In this document: positions 1 to 9,303 of the stretch, one piece after another
Numbering within the stretch: position 1 is the stretch's first letter
Layout: each line of letters begins with the position of its first letter
Assembly (NCBI RefSeq): GCF_008000775.2
Contig: NZ_CP042905.2
Location: 1,260,001-1,292,000 of the forward strand
DNA: 32,000 nt
DNA from: Promethearchaeum syntrophicum
GTDB lineage: Archaea; Asgardarchaeota; Lokiarchaeia; Sigyniarchaeales; Promethearchaeaceae
Reading direction: 5' to 3'
Translations under genes and position numbers: made by a program
Notes under the pieces: generated by a model
Told to the model about the DNA's origin: nothing
What the model saw: the letters and a program-made list of their open reading frames with translations, nothing else
The model's database searches: none

Positions 1-1481
1 CCTGGTAATCCACCTGCAGTTTTATCACTCTGAGAGCCAATGAACCATAGTCCTTTAATGGGAGTTTTATGAGGGGCCCCTGATTTTCCCATAATTGGAG
101 CTCTTCCCCCAAATGCATGATGAGATTGATGGGTTCGAATTCTGAAATCTGCAGGAGTCATAATTTCCTTAACTAAGATATGTTCTCGTAAGTTTGGGAT
201 CACTTTTTCTGCTTCAATTAACAATTTTTCAGAGAATTCATCTCGTCTTTCATTCCATGTTCCATGATCCAACTTATTGGGTGCAATAGTATATATAGTC
301 ATAGCAAATTTTCCTTCTGGAGCCATTTCAGGAGAATGAAGGGAAGGAACATAAATAAGAAATCCGTCTTTTCCTTCATGATATACACCCTGCCGACAAC
401 GAATCACTGCGCCTTCAACGTCGTTTGTTCCAATATAATAGCATAAGGCAGCACGTTGAAATTTACGAGGATCAAGATCAATTCCGAGATGAATCATATG
501 AACCGATTCCATTAAGGGAATATCGATAATTTTATCAACGTAAGCAGGAGGAAGTCTGTCTTTTCCAACATTGTTAAAGAAAAATTCTTTCGCCCCTCCA
601 CTTGCAAAAATTGCATCAGCAGTTATTTCATTTCCATTACGTAATCGAATACCTTGAACTCTATTTTTTTGAATAAGAAGTCGCTCTACTGGGGAATTCA
701 CATAGATTTTTCCTCCATGAGCCAGAATATACTCTTCAAATACGTGTACAAGTTTTTCCATTCCCCCGAGAATATAGTGATAACTTGGGCGTGGTCCAGC
801 AGATGTAATTTGAAGAGGTACGCGAATATCAAACGCATTTTCGTTATTAATAATCGGAAGACCTAACGCTGGAAATTCTGATGGTTTAGTTACAAAATCT
901 GCTAGAAGACCGAGAAAAACTCCTTTAATTGCATCAGTATCAAAATATTCGTTCATTATCTGTGCTGCTGACATTGATTTTTTATCCTTAACATGTTGAA
1001 ATAAGAATAACATGCGAATTTTTAACAACAGTTTTCCAATTCCAGTAGCAGTATCAATGCGGCGAGAAATCGCCATTAAATCTGATACTCTTTCTCTAAA
1101 TTGATAATATTTAATTAAACTATCCCTTTCTTCAGGAAATAACTCTATTAATTTATCTCTTCTCCAAAACTGGCCAAAATATTTTTTCGGTTTCCAAAGA
1201 TCGAACTCTGGCATAACTAAACCTCGATCTGATTGTAAAAATTGTACTTGATCATAGATCCCCAGATCAACTAAGATGTTTCCTGCTGGTTCGTCTCGAA
1301 GAAAATCTTGAACGAGCATTGGACCTAGATCCCAACTAAAACCTTCTTTAGAGAATGTCGCAGTGACTCCACCAATTTTTGGAAATTGTTCAAAAATCTT
1401 AACTTCATAACCTGCTTGAGTTAAATAAGCTCCCGCAGTTAACCCTGCCATACCAGCGCCTATTATAATTATTTTTTTCAT
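1..1481 (-). CDS. CrtI/COG1233-type FAD-dependent oxidoreductase (phytoene desaturase-like), 3' end beyond window start
   Basis: Open minus-strand frame from ATG at 1481 running off the left edge (absent from ORF track). My translation begins MKKIIIIGAGMAGLTAGAYLTQAGYEVKIFEQFPKIGGVTATF, a Rossmann GxGxxG dinucleotide motif. Closely similar along its length to the 3180..4718 protein. Confidence 0.85.
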   Translation of the reverse strand, partial: MKKIIIIGAGMAGLTAGAYLTQAGYEVKIFEQFPKIGGVTATFSKEGFSWDLGPMLVQDFLRDEPAGNILVDLGIYDQVQFLQSDRGLVMPEFDLWKPKKYFGQFWRRDKLIELFPEERDSLIKYYQFRERVSDLMAISRRIDTATGIGKLLLKIRMLFLFQHVKDKKSMSAAQIMNEYFDTDAIKGVFLGLLADFVTKPSEFPALGLPIINNENAFDIRVPLQITSAGPRPSYHYILGGMEKLVHVFEEYILAHGGKIYVNSPVERLLIQKNRVQGIRLRNGNEITADAIFASGGAKEFFFNNVGKDRLPPAYVDKIIDIPLMESVHMIHLGIDLDPRKFQRAALCYYIGTNDVEGAVIRCRQGVYHEGKDGFLIYVPSLHSPEMAPEGKFAMTIYTIAPNKLDHGTWNERRDEFSEKLLIEAEKVIPNLREHILVKEIMTPADFRIRTHQSHHAFGGRAPIMGKSGAPHKTPIKGLWFIGSQSDKTAGGLP

Positions 1482-1642
1482 ACATCCAACTTCTATATTC
1501 TAAAAACCTATGATATTAAGGATTTTTTCCTTCTAATTGCTTATAAAATGCGATTAATACTTTAATAAACATTGGAATAGAACTAAATACTCCAAAAATG
1601 TGAAAACGCTACTATTATAAAGCTCAAAACAGAAGATAGTGT

Positions 1643-3112
1643 ATGAGTGATGTACAGATTGAAAATAAAAATGATTTGAAATTTGACTATTCACGCTGGA
1701 CCCATATAAGTTTTGGTGCTCGTGACTTGTTTAGCCAATGGCATACAGCAGCTTTCGGAGCGTATACTATTTTCTTTTATGAATCAGTTATCGGATTATC
1801 GGGAGGATATGCTATTGCTGCCTTTTTGATCTTTGCGATTTGGAATGCAATTAACGACCCATTGATGGGTTATTTAATGGAAAAATTCATCATGCCTTGG
1901 GAAAAGAAATGGGGATTTCGAAGATTTCCATGGATAATAATCGGAAGTGTGGCATTTATCTTTTCTTATTTGATAATTTTTCTAGTACCTTCAGGATGGT
2001 TTGGAACCGAAGCATTAGTTGAAGCGAATAAATGGAAATTATTTGCATGGTATGTAATCAGCTTATTGATATATGATACCACCTTTACCATATTTGATAT
2101 AAACGCTCAATCACTCTTTCCTGAAAAGTTCCCAAAAGCTTATGAACGTCGTGTAGTTACTGGATGGGGAACCTTCTTAGGAATTCTTGGATTGGTTATG
2201 GCATTTGTGTTAACGGGCCTCATTGTTGATCAAAATTTTCCCGAAACTTATCGAACTGGTGCCTTATTTACATTTGGATTCGCATTCTTGTTCTTAATCC
2301 TTTTTCTCCCAGGAGTGTTTGAAAATAAAAAAATGCGAGAGAGGTACAAACGCAGAGAAGGAGTTAAAGGTCAAGCAGACGAACCATTTTTTAAAGTTGC
2401 AAAAGATATTCTAACTGATCGAACAATGTCCATGAAAATTTTGTTCTATTTCGGATATCAAGCAGCAGTGGCGCTCATTAATGCTTCAGCCCTTTATATT
2501 GTAACCTATATTTTGGATGATCCCGAAAATGAATCATTTATATTTATCATGGGAGGAATGTTGGCAGGAGCCCTTATCTCAACCCCGCTTTGGGTAATTA
2601 TTTCCCAACGAGTAAATAATAATAAAAAAATGTGCATCATTGCCGGTTTTTTGATGTTTGCAACGTTTATCCCTATGATCTTTATAAATGGTCTTATTCC
2701 ATGGGTAATCTGTATTTTTCTCTTCGGGATCAGTTTAGGAGGGCAGTGGTTTATAAACCCTCCCACAATGGGAGATGTATTAGATTCAGTAGCAGTCAAA
2801 ACTGGGAAAAGGGAACAATCCTTATACTACGGATTTCAAACATTCGTAATTCGCTTCGGTGAAGCCTTCAAGGCTTTTGTTATTGCAATTGCACATTTAG
2901 CTACTGGTTTTATAGAAGGTAATCCTACTTTAGAGGATATGACTAATAGTGTTGAAAATATTGATTTAGTGTTGTTCGGGATTAGAATTCACACAGCAAT
3001 AGTACCTGCGCTTTTAGTATTGGTTTGTACTCTGCTATTTTGGAAATATTATGATCTAACTCCAAATAAAGTTGAGGCTAATCGTTTAAAACTTGATGAA
3101 ATGGGAATTTAA
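1643..3112 (+). CDS. MFS transporter, likely GPH (glycoside-pentoside-hexuronide:cation symporter/MelB-like) type, 489 aa
   Basis: About 12 hydrophobic segments; FDINAQSLFPEKFP...ERRVVTGW and N-terminal NAINDPLMGYLMEK (NxxxDPxxG) resemble the GPH/MFS sugar transporter family. Confidence 0.75.
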   Translation: MSDVQIENKNDLKFDYSRWTHISFGARDLFSQWHTAAFGAYTIFFYESVIGLSGGYAIAAFLIFAIWNAINDPLMGYLMEKFIMPWEKKWGFRRFPWIIIGSVAFIFSYLIIFLVPSGWFGTEALVEANKWKLFAWYVISLLIYDTTFTIFDINAQSLFPEKFPKAYERRVVTGWGTFLGILGLVMAFVLTGLIVDQNFPETYRTGALFTFGFAFLFLILFLPGVFENKKMRERYKRREGVKGQADEPFFKVAKDILTDRTMSMKILFYFGYQAAVALINASALYIVTYILDDPENESFIFIMGGMLAGALISTPLWVIISQRVNNNKKMCIIAGFLMFATFIPMIFINGLIPWVICIFLFGISLGGQWFINPPTMGDVLDSVAVKTGKREQSLYYGFQTFVIRFGEAFKAFVIAIAHLATGFIEGNPTLEDMTNSVENIDLVLFGIRIHTAIVPALLVLVCTLLFWKYYDLTPNKVEANRLKLDEMGI

Positions 3113-3179
3113 TCAGTTTGAATTTTTTTTATTCCTTTTTTTTTGTAAGATTTTTAAACCTAAGGAGAAAATTTTTAGT

Positions 3180-4718
3180 ATGAGTCGAATTTCAATAATC
3201 GGAGCCGGAATAGCGGGTTTAACAGTGGGAGCATTTCTCGCACATAATGGTCATCATGTTCAAATTTTCGAGCAATATTCTGATATTGGGGGGGTTGCGG
3301 CCACAATTGAACAGGATGGATATAAATGGGATATTGGACCATTAATTTTAGAAGGATTAGGACCTAATGAACCAATAAGAAATATTTTAGAAGAATTGAA
3401 TCTAATGAAGCATCTACGGATTATTAATGAAGATCGGGGATTAAGCACACCAGATTTTACTTTTTGGCGACCTAAGAAATATAAAGGCTTGTATTGGAGA
3501 CGTGAAATGTTAAAAAAACTCTTTCCTGAAGAAAATGTCAATTTAGATAGGTATTACAAATTTTATCTTCGAATGATAAAATTAACAACATTATTCAAAC
3601 AATCAGATCAAGCACAAGGAATTAAGAAATTATTATTGAAAATTCAACTATTAATTACAGCCTTACCTATTAAAAAAATGCAAGAATGGAATGCAACTCA
3701 ATTATTGGATCATTTCTTTTCAAATAAAAAAATAAAAGGATTGCTCGCAGGAATTCTTGCAGATTTTGTTATTAAACCCAGCGAGTTTCAAGGTGTGGGT
3801 ATACCTATGGTGAATATTGAAACAGCGTTTGACAAGAGAATCCCTATCAAAATAGACGACCATACTATTCAACCTCAATATAATTACATTTTAGGAGGAT
3901 GTGGAGAAATGGTAAAACTTCTAGCAAATTTTATTGAAAGTCATGAGGGAACAATTAAAATTCAATCCAAAGTTCAAAAAATTCTTATCGAAAATAATCA
4001 AGCAATCGGTATAGAGATGGAAAATGGAGAACAAATCTTCTCAGATATTGTTCTTGCAACTAGTGATATCCAGTCTACATTTTACGAATTAATTGGTAAG
4101 GAGCAAATCTCTTTTAAAACGCAACAATATATAGATAATTTAAAATATATGGAATCAGTTTTGATGGTGCACATCGGTATTGATTTTGATCCTAGCCCTT
4201 ATCAACCAGCAGCTCTCTGTTATTACTACGGAACCTACGATATTGAAAATGCAGTAGAAAAAATAAATAATGGAATTTATCATGAAGGAGAAGATGGATT
4301 TTTAATTTACATTCCCTCGATGCATTCACCAGAAATGGCCCCTGCCAATCATCATGCGGTTACAGTCTATACAGTTGGTCCAAACCATATAAAGGATGGA
4401 GATTGGCAGACTCAACGTGAAGAGCTAGCTGACAAATTGCTTGAATATGCAGAATTAAAGATACCAGGGTTGCGAGAACATACAAAAACTCGATTAATTA
4501 TGACACCTGAAGATTTTCGTCACCGCATCATGGTAAAGCATCATAGTTTCGGAGGAATTCCCCCAATTATTGGACAAAAAGGGTTTGATTATCAAACTTC
4601 AATAAAGAATTTGTACTATGCAGGATGTCAGAGTGAAAGTGCTGGTGGCATTGCACATACAATGCGAGGTGGAAAAACTGTAGCGCAACTTATCATAAAA
4701 AGCTTGGAAAATATTTAG
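3180..4718 (+). CDS. CrtI/COG1233-type FAD-dependent oxidoreductase (phytoene desaturase-like), ~512 aa
   Basis: MSRISIIGAGIAGLTVGAFLAHNGHHVQIFEQYSDIGGVAATIEQ. The ATG at 3180 is preceded by AAGGAG (about 3162-3167), so the track start at 3093, which overlaps the MFS gene, is likely too early. Confidence 0.85.
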   Translation: MSRISIIGAGIAGLTVGAFLAHNGHHVQIFEQYSDIGGVAATIEQDGYKWDIGPLILEGLGPNEPIRNILEELNLMKHLRIINEDRGLSTPDFTFWRPKKYKGLYWRREMLKKLFPEENVNLDRYYKFYLRMIKLTTLFKQSDQAQGIKKLLLKIQLLITALPIKKMQEWNATQLLDHFFSNKKIKGLLAGILADFVIKPSEFQGVGIPMVNIETAFDKRIPIKIDDHTIQPQYNYILGGCGEMVKLLANFIESHEGTIKIQSKVQKILIENNQAIGIEMENGEQIFSDIVLATSDIQSTFYELIGKEQISFKTQQYIDNLKYMESVLMVHIGIDFDPSPYQPAALCYYYGTYDIENAVEKINNGIYHEGEDGFLIYIPSMHSPEMAPANHHAVTVYTVGPNHIKDGDWQTQREELADKLLEYAELKIPGLREHTKTRLIMTPEDFRHRIMVKHHSFGGIPPIIGQKGFDYQTSIKNLYYAGCQSESAGGIAHTMRGGKTVAQLIIKSLENI

Positions 4719-5025
4719 CTGGATAAAAAAAAAAATGTGAAAACCTGCTTGAATTAAAATGAAGAACAAAGATTTTTGAGATTTTCAATAGTATTAAGCT
4801 CCAATTCTTTTACTTCTGTTATTAAAAAGTCTTTTTTTTGATCTTTGGGGGATTTTCTAAAATGATTGTTTTCATTTTTTTCAAGTTCCTTTTTCTGTTA
4901 AATATATTGTAGTAGATTGATATTATAAAAGAAATGAAGGTATCATATAAGAATGGAGAAATAGAATTAGAAATGGATAAAATTCAATTAAGGATTAATA
5001 AATGATTAATTGATATCCATCTATT

Positions 5026-5307
5026 TTAATACAGTTTTATTTTTTCGTTTGGAGTTAATACCAAAAGATCGGGCCCTATTCGACCAATAGAACCACCGAA
5101 ATTCATACATATTTTTTTTAATTGATCTATCATTTGCTTAAGTTTAATAACCTCATCTTGGTATTGTTCAAAAAAATTATTAGTTCTTAAGAATATAATC
5201 TGCCCGTTCTTTAATTCAGATTCAATTTGTTGTAGATCTTTCTGATCTGTCAACTGTCGTTGCGAAATATAAATACGACTTTGCGAATTGTTTACACTTG
5301 TTACCAT
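5026..5307 (-). CDS. sepF: SepF-like cell division protein (DUF552 fold), 93 aa
   Basis: Pattern KDLQQIESELKNGQIIFLRTNNFF...IDQLKKICMNFGGSIGRIGPDLLVLTPNEKIKL matches the archaeal SepF core (DVxxIxxELxxGNIVIV...QLKxxCxxxGGxIxxIGxDxLxxTPxxVxI). An in-frame stop (TAA, 5308-5310 on minus) directly precedes the ATG. Confidence 0.75.
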   Translation of the reverse strand: MVTSVNNSQSRIYISQRQLTDQKDLQQIESELKNGQIIFLRTNNFFEQYQDEVIKLKQMIDQLKKICMNFGGSIGRIGPDLLVLTPNEKIKLY

Positions 5308-5513
5308 TTAACACACACCCATATTCTCTAATATCTTGAATTTGAATATTTCTTAAAAATTGAGTTGATATCTAATTATCACCTCGATCATACATAGATC
5401 ACACAGATCATATTTTTTGGTATCAATAAAATATACTTATGTATAAGCATTAATTAAAAAGAATACATATTGCATTAAGGATATAAAAACAAAACATATA
5501 ATAACTCAAGAAG

Positions 5514-6293
5514 ATGGCAAATTTCGGTAAAATTTTAATTATTTCTGATGTTCACGCAAAAATTAAAGAGATGGTTGATTTTATAAATTTTTTAATTATT
5601 GAACAAAAGGAAAATATCGATTTTGCGGTTCATTTGGGTGATTTTTGGTCTGGTAGAAATTATGATCCAACAAAAGGAACTCAAATACGAGACGAATGGA
5701 CTGACTTAGCTTATTTCGAAAAATTACCAATCCCAATTTTTCATCTCAAAGGAAATGAAGATCTACCTGTTACCGAATCATATTGGCGAGCTCCTAATAT
5801 ATGGTTAATGGAAGAACAAAAACCATTCCTCATGAATAGCTACAAAGTTTTACCTATTGACTATCATTATCCTGGAGAAGAAAGCGATGAAAATCCTCTT
5901 TATTCTTATGATTCATCAGAACATATAGATTTTATTTTTTCTCATAGACCTGGATTGAATCTTTTAGATGATACTCTGCATTATGAAACTCATAAAAGAT
6001 TGACTCAAACGGGTTCAATTATGGTGAAAAAACATTTCGAATCTATCAAACCTAGTTTATTATTATTTGGTCATTTCCATTTTTCTAACTATATTCAAAC
6101 AGAAAATGGATTGATTGTTTGTATTGATAAATTGATAAGGTTGGGTGGAAAGGATCAGAAAGAATTCAAATATTCATATGCATTAATCGATCCTTTTGAT
6201 AATTCTTTAGATGTATATTGGAAAAATAAATTGTATTTTCATTATTCAATAATGGAACGAAAATTAACACAACATTTCAAAAAAAGAAGATAA
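5514..6293 (+). CDS. Calcineurin-like metallophosphoesterase, 259 aa
   Basis: Motifs IISDVHAK (DxH), HLGDFW (GD), LKGNEDLP (GNxD-like), FSHRP, LLFGHFHF (GHxH). Confidence 0.85.
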   Translation: MANFGKILIISDVHAKIKEMVDFINFLIIEQKENIDFAVHLGDFWSGRNYDPTKGTQIRDEWTDLAYFEKLPIPIFHLKGNEDLPVTESYWRAPNIWLMEEQKPFLMNSYKVLPIDYHYPGEESDENPLYSYDSSEHIDFIFSHRPGLNLLDDTLHYETHKRLTQTGSIMVKKHFESIKPSLLLFGHFHFSNYIQTENGLIVCIDKLIRLGGKDQKEFKYSYALIDPFDNSLDVYWKNKLYFHYSIMERKLTQHFKKRR

Positions 6294-6306
6294 AAAACCT
6301 TTCATT

Positions 6307-9303
6307 TTAAAATGTACTTCTCAATACATCAATAATACTCATTTTCTCAACTCTCCTGGTTATAATTATCATCCCAATAACACTAATCCCAATTGAAATA
6401 AGATAAGTCGATAATAATGTTCCCACGTTAATAGCTGATACAATTGGAACTTCGGTTAGTGTGCTTACGTTAATTTGCAAGAGATAAGCTATAAACCATC
6501 CTACTATTGCCCCTAAAGTTCCAGAAGACATCATTACAGTGAAGCTTTCTGCCATTAACATATATCGTACGTCTATTGGTTTTAAACCCATGGCCCGGAG
6601 GATACCTATCTCAAACATCCTTTCCAAAAGTGTGCTGTACATAGATGTTAATAATCCAAATAAACTAACCAGTACACTAAAGAAAAGAATTACTTCCATG
6701 ACGATTGATGATGTTTGGTTCATATCCTGAATTAATGTAATTTTTGAAACTGCATCATCAATAATAAAGCTGTAATCGTCTTCAAAATAATTTTCTAAAT
6801 ATGATTTCATTTCAACAACATTTTCATAAGAGTTATCGACTAAATTTATTAAAATTTTATCAATACCAGATTCGGGTTCATTTGGTGCTCCCCAATTCAT
6901 AATTTTTGAGTAGTCTTCCATATTTAATAAAACTCCAGGACCTAAAAAAAGACTTAATTCTGAACTTTTAAAGGAATTCATTCCGGGAAGTCCTGTTGAA
7001 ACCCCAACAACCGTTAAAACACTTATATTCATAACTTGATCTATATTATTGTAATTTGGATCATTAGGATTTGATTCTATTGCGGGATCAAATGTGCTAA
7101 GTCGAATTTCCGCTGGTAATTCATACACTCCTAAATTATCAGCAAGAACTTTAGATATTATACATGAATTTTCGGTATTTAGCATTGTTTCAATAGATTC
7201 ATCTGAACTCTCTGTTTCACTATCCCATAATAACATATTTCGATCTACTACATCATAGTAGTTCTCATCAATAGCTAATAAGCTACACATAAAGTTCTGA
7301 TAATCACCCATATCTCCTGCAAATGTCCCAAGCTTAGGGATTGTACCAAATAAAGCATCGAAATCAAATGCGCCTATCCCCTCCTCTCCAGCTCTAAAGA
7401 TCATGGAAAAAATTTTTGTGATATCAAACGAGTTCATCATCATCCCACTAGTTGTTTTAATCCCGGGAATCTGTTCCAAATCTTCTAATAATTTAAAATC
7501 TACAACGTTTTCCGCTTCAAAATTTCCTGTATTACTAATAATTAAATCAGATCCATATTGAAATTGGAAATAAACTGCGCTATTTGCAGAATCCATTGCA
7601 AGTACAGAAGATATGAAGAATATAAAAGAAAATGTTAGAGCAAACATCACAATATTTCCATAATTTCTTCTTCTGTATCTGTACAGATTTATTTTATAGA
7701 TTGAATAATATTTCTTAATAAACGGTCTTAGAAGTTGAGAGATTATAGCCTCAAATACGGGCACTAATCCAATAGATATAAAAACCAAACCCATTAAGAC
7801 TGCTAAAAGTAACCCGACTAATACATAATTTGTAATATTTGTTCCGCTACCTCCTGATAACAGTCGAGGAAGAACGAGAAATATAAAAGCTCCAACAATA
7901 CCTAATGCAATTCCAATTAAAATTACTTTGACGTTCGCTGAACCTTCTTTTTTCAATTTATATTCTTCAACACTTGTTCTTCGTGCAGGATCTATTGCAT
8001 TTGAAATTATTACTTTTCCAGCATGTCTCGCAGGAATTATGGATATAACCGTTGTTATAATTATCCCAATTAAGAAAGAGCGTAGTATAGTTTCTGGTAG
8101 TATAATAAATTTAATTGTAAAATATCCCGTATCGATAATTTCTAGATCATTAAAAAGTAAATTCAATAATGGAGGACCCGCAAAAGCAGCAATTAGCGTT
8201 CCAATAACAGTTCCAACCACCGCCATTATGAACCCTGAGACTAACACCATTTTAAAAGTAAATAATTTCTTAGCACCTAAAACACGTAGAACTCCAAATT
8301 CACGTATTCTTTCTTCTACTGATGCAGAAAGAATTGAATTTATCAATATTCCTGTAATTAACATGCTGAAAAAAGTAATAAATGAGAACGTCATGTCCAT
8401 CATCATAGTCTGAAGGTCATTTTGAGCCATTTGGTCCATTTTTGGCAAAGATACTAAATAATCAAAGCCGACTTCAATCTGGATTTTTTCTGCAATTTCA
8501 CGAAGATTTTGTAAAGTTTTTGTATTATCTCTAGTGTCATATACTAACTCTTGATTTTTAAGAGTTGCATGAACATAATTTACTTTTCCTTCCTGTTTAA
8601 AAATATGTTGGGCATCGGGAAGTTCAAAAAGAATTATTGAGCTTTGTGTACGAGGAAATCTTAGATCTTGGTCTACAATTGTTTGAACATAATATTGTTG
8701 TTTACTAGAAGCAAATTGAATTGTGATATAATCTCCCATTCGAATATGGAAAAGCTTTGCTGCTCCTCTTGTGAGAACCACGTTTCCAGATTGAATAGGT
8801 CCTTGAAAAATTTCTTCAGATCTTTCATATTCTTCATTATCTTTACAAATCCAAAGATTCCCCATTTTTCCCGAATTTTGTTCCAATGTGGTTTTTATCC
8901 CATATGTGAATAAATTCTTAGTCACCGTAAGATTGTCAAGGGTTGGATCCGGAAAAGAAGCAGCTGTGATGTACATTATCCGTGGATAAAAATTATCTAT
9001 TTCATCAATATTTTTAAGTCTCTCTTCTATTATGTTTTCAGGAAAGTAAGGATCAAAATTTAAATCAGTTTGGCTTGAAATTTTACTAAATTGAATGTCT
9101 GATGAGCCTGACTCTATAGTGGCTTGATCTAAATAACTGAATGCTAATGAGTCAGCAAGACATCCAATCATTGTTAATAAGAAAAGACTAATAGTAATAC
9201 CTGCAATTCCAAAAATAGTTTTTACTCTATCTCGACTCAGATCTTGGAGTGCATAATTAAAAACACTAATACCTTTGTTTCCTTTTTTTCTTTGAAATTT
9301 CAT
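6307..9303 (-). CDS. FtsX/MacB-type ABC transporter permease, 998 aa with two FtsX-like modules
   Basis: VEERIREFGVLRVLGAKK and LLERMFEIGILRAMGLKP are FtsX/MacB_PCD signatures. Multiple transmembrane segments and large extracytoplasmic loops. Paralogous to 18258..21134. Starts with a 4-nt ATGA overlap with the upstream gene. Confidence 0.9.
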   Translation of the reverse strand: MKFQRKKGNKGISVFNYALQDLSRDRVKTIFGIAGITISLFLLTMIGCLADSLAFSYLDQATIESGSSDIQFSKISSQTDLNFDPYFPENIIEERLKNIDEIDNFYPRIMYITAASFPDPTLDNLTVTKNLFTYGIKTTLEQNSGKMGNLWICKDNEEYERSEEIFQGPIQSGNVVLTRGAAKLFHIRMGDYITIQFASSKQQYYVQTIVDQDLRFPRTQSSIILFELPDAQHIFKQEGKVNYVHATLKNQELVYDTRDNTKTLQNLREIAEKIQIEVGFDYLVSLPKMDQMAQNDLQTMMMDMTFSFITFFSMLITGILINSILSASVEERIREFGVLRVLGAKKLFTFKMVLVSGFIMAVVGTVIGTLIAAFAGPPLLNLLFNDLEIIDTGYFTIKFIILPETILRSFLIGIIITTVISIIPARHAGKVIISNAIDPARRTSVEEYKLKKEGSANVKVILIGIALGIVGAFIFLVLPRLLSGGSGTNITNYVLVGLLLAVLMGLVFISIGLVPVFEAIISQLLRPFIKKYYSIYKINLYRYRRRNYGNIVMFALTFSFIFFISSVLAMDSANSAVYFQFQYGSDLIISNTGNFEAENVVDFKLLEDLEQIPGIKTTSGMMMNSFDITKIFSMIFRAGEEGIGAFDFDALFGTIPKLGTFAGDMGDYQNFMCSLLAIDENYYDVVDRNMLLWDSETESSDESIETMLNTENSCIISKVLADNLGVYELPAEIRLSTFDPAIESNPNDPNYNNIDQVMNISVLTVVGVSTGLPGMNSFKSSELSLFLGPGVLLNMEDYSKIMNWGAPNEPESGIDKILINLVDNSYENVVEMKSYLENYFEDDYSFIIDDAVSKITLIQDMNQTSSIVMEVILFFSVLVSLFGLLTSMYSTLLERMFEIGILRAMGLKPIDVRYMLMAESFTVMMSSGTLGAIVGWFIAYLLQINVSTLTEVPIVSAINVGTLLSTYLISIGISVIGMIIITRRVEKMSIIDVLRSTF

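Noticed and set aside
129-145. GGGTTCGAATTC resembling a tRNA T-loop
   Set aside because: No acceptor, D- or anticodon arms around it, and it lies inside the minus-strand CrtI-like CDS.
264-866. Small plus-strand ORFs (264..446, 654..866)
   Set aside because: They are antisense shadows of the truncated CrtI-like CDS, with low-complexity translations and no recognisable domain.
3118-3145. T-rich tract after the MFS gene as a transcription terminator
   Set aside because: Archaeal T-rich terminators are plausible, but the next gene is co-directional at 67 bp and the whole window is AT-rich, so I cannot distinguish it from background.
2506-3541. ORFs 2506..2799(-), 2632..2862(+), 3260..3541(-)
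   Set aside because: All overlap long, well-supported CDSs (the MFS transporter and the CrtI-like protein) in other frames.
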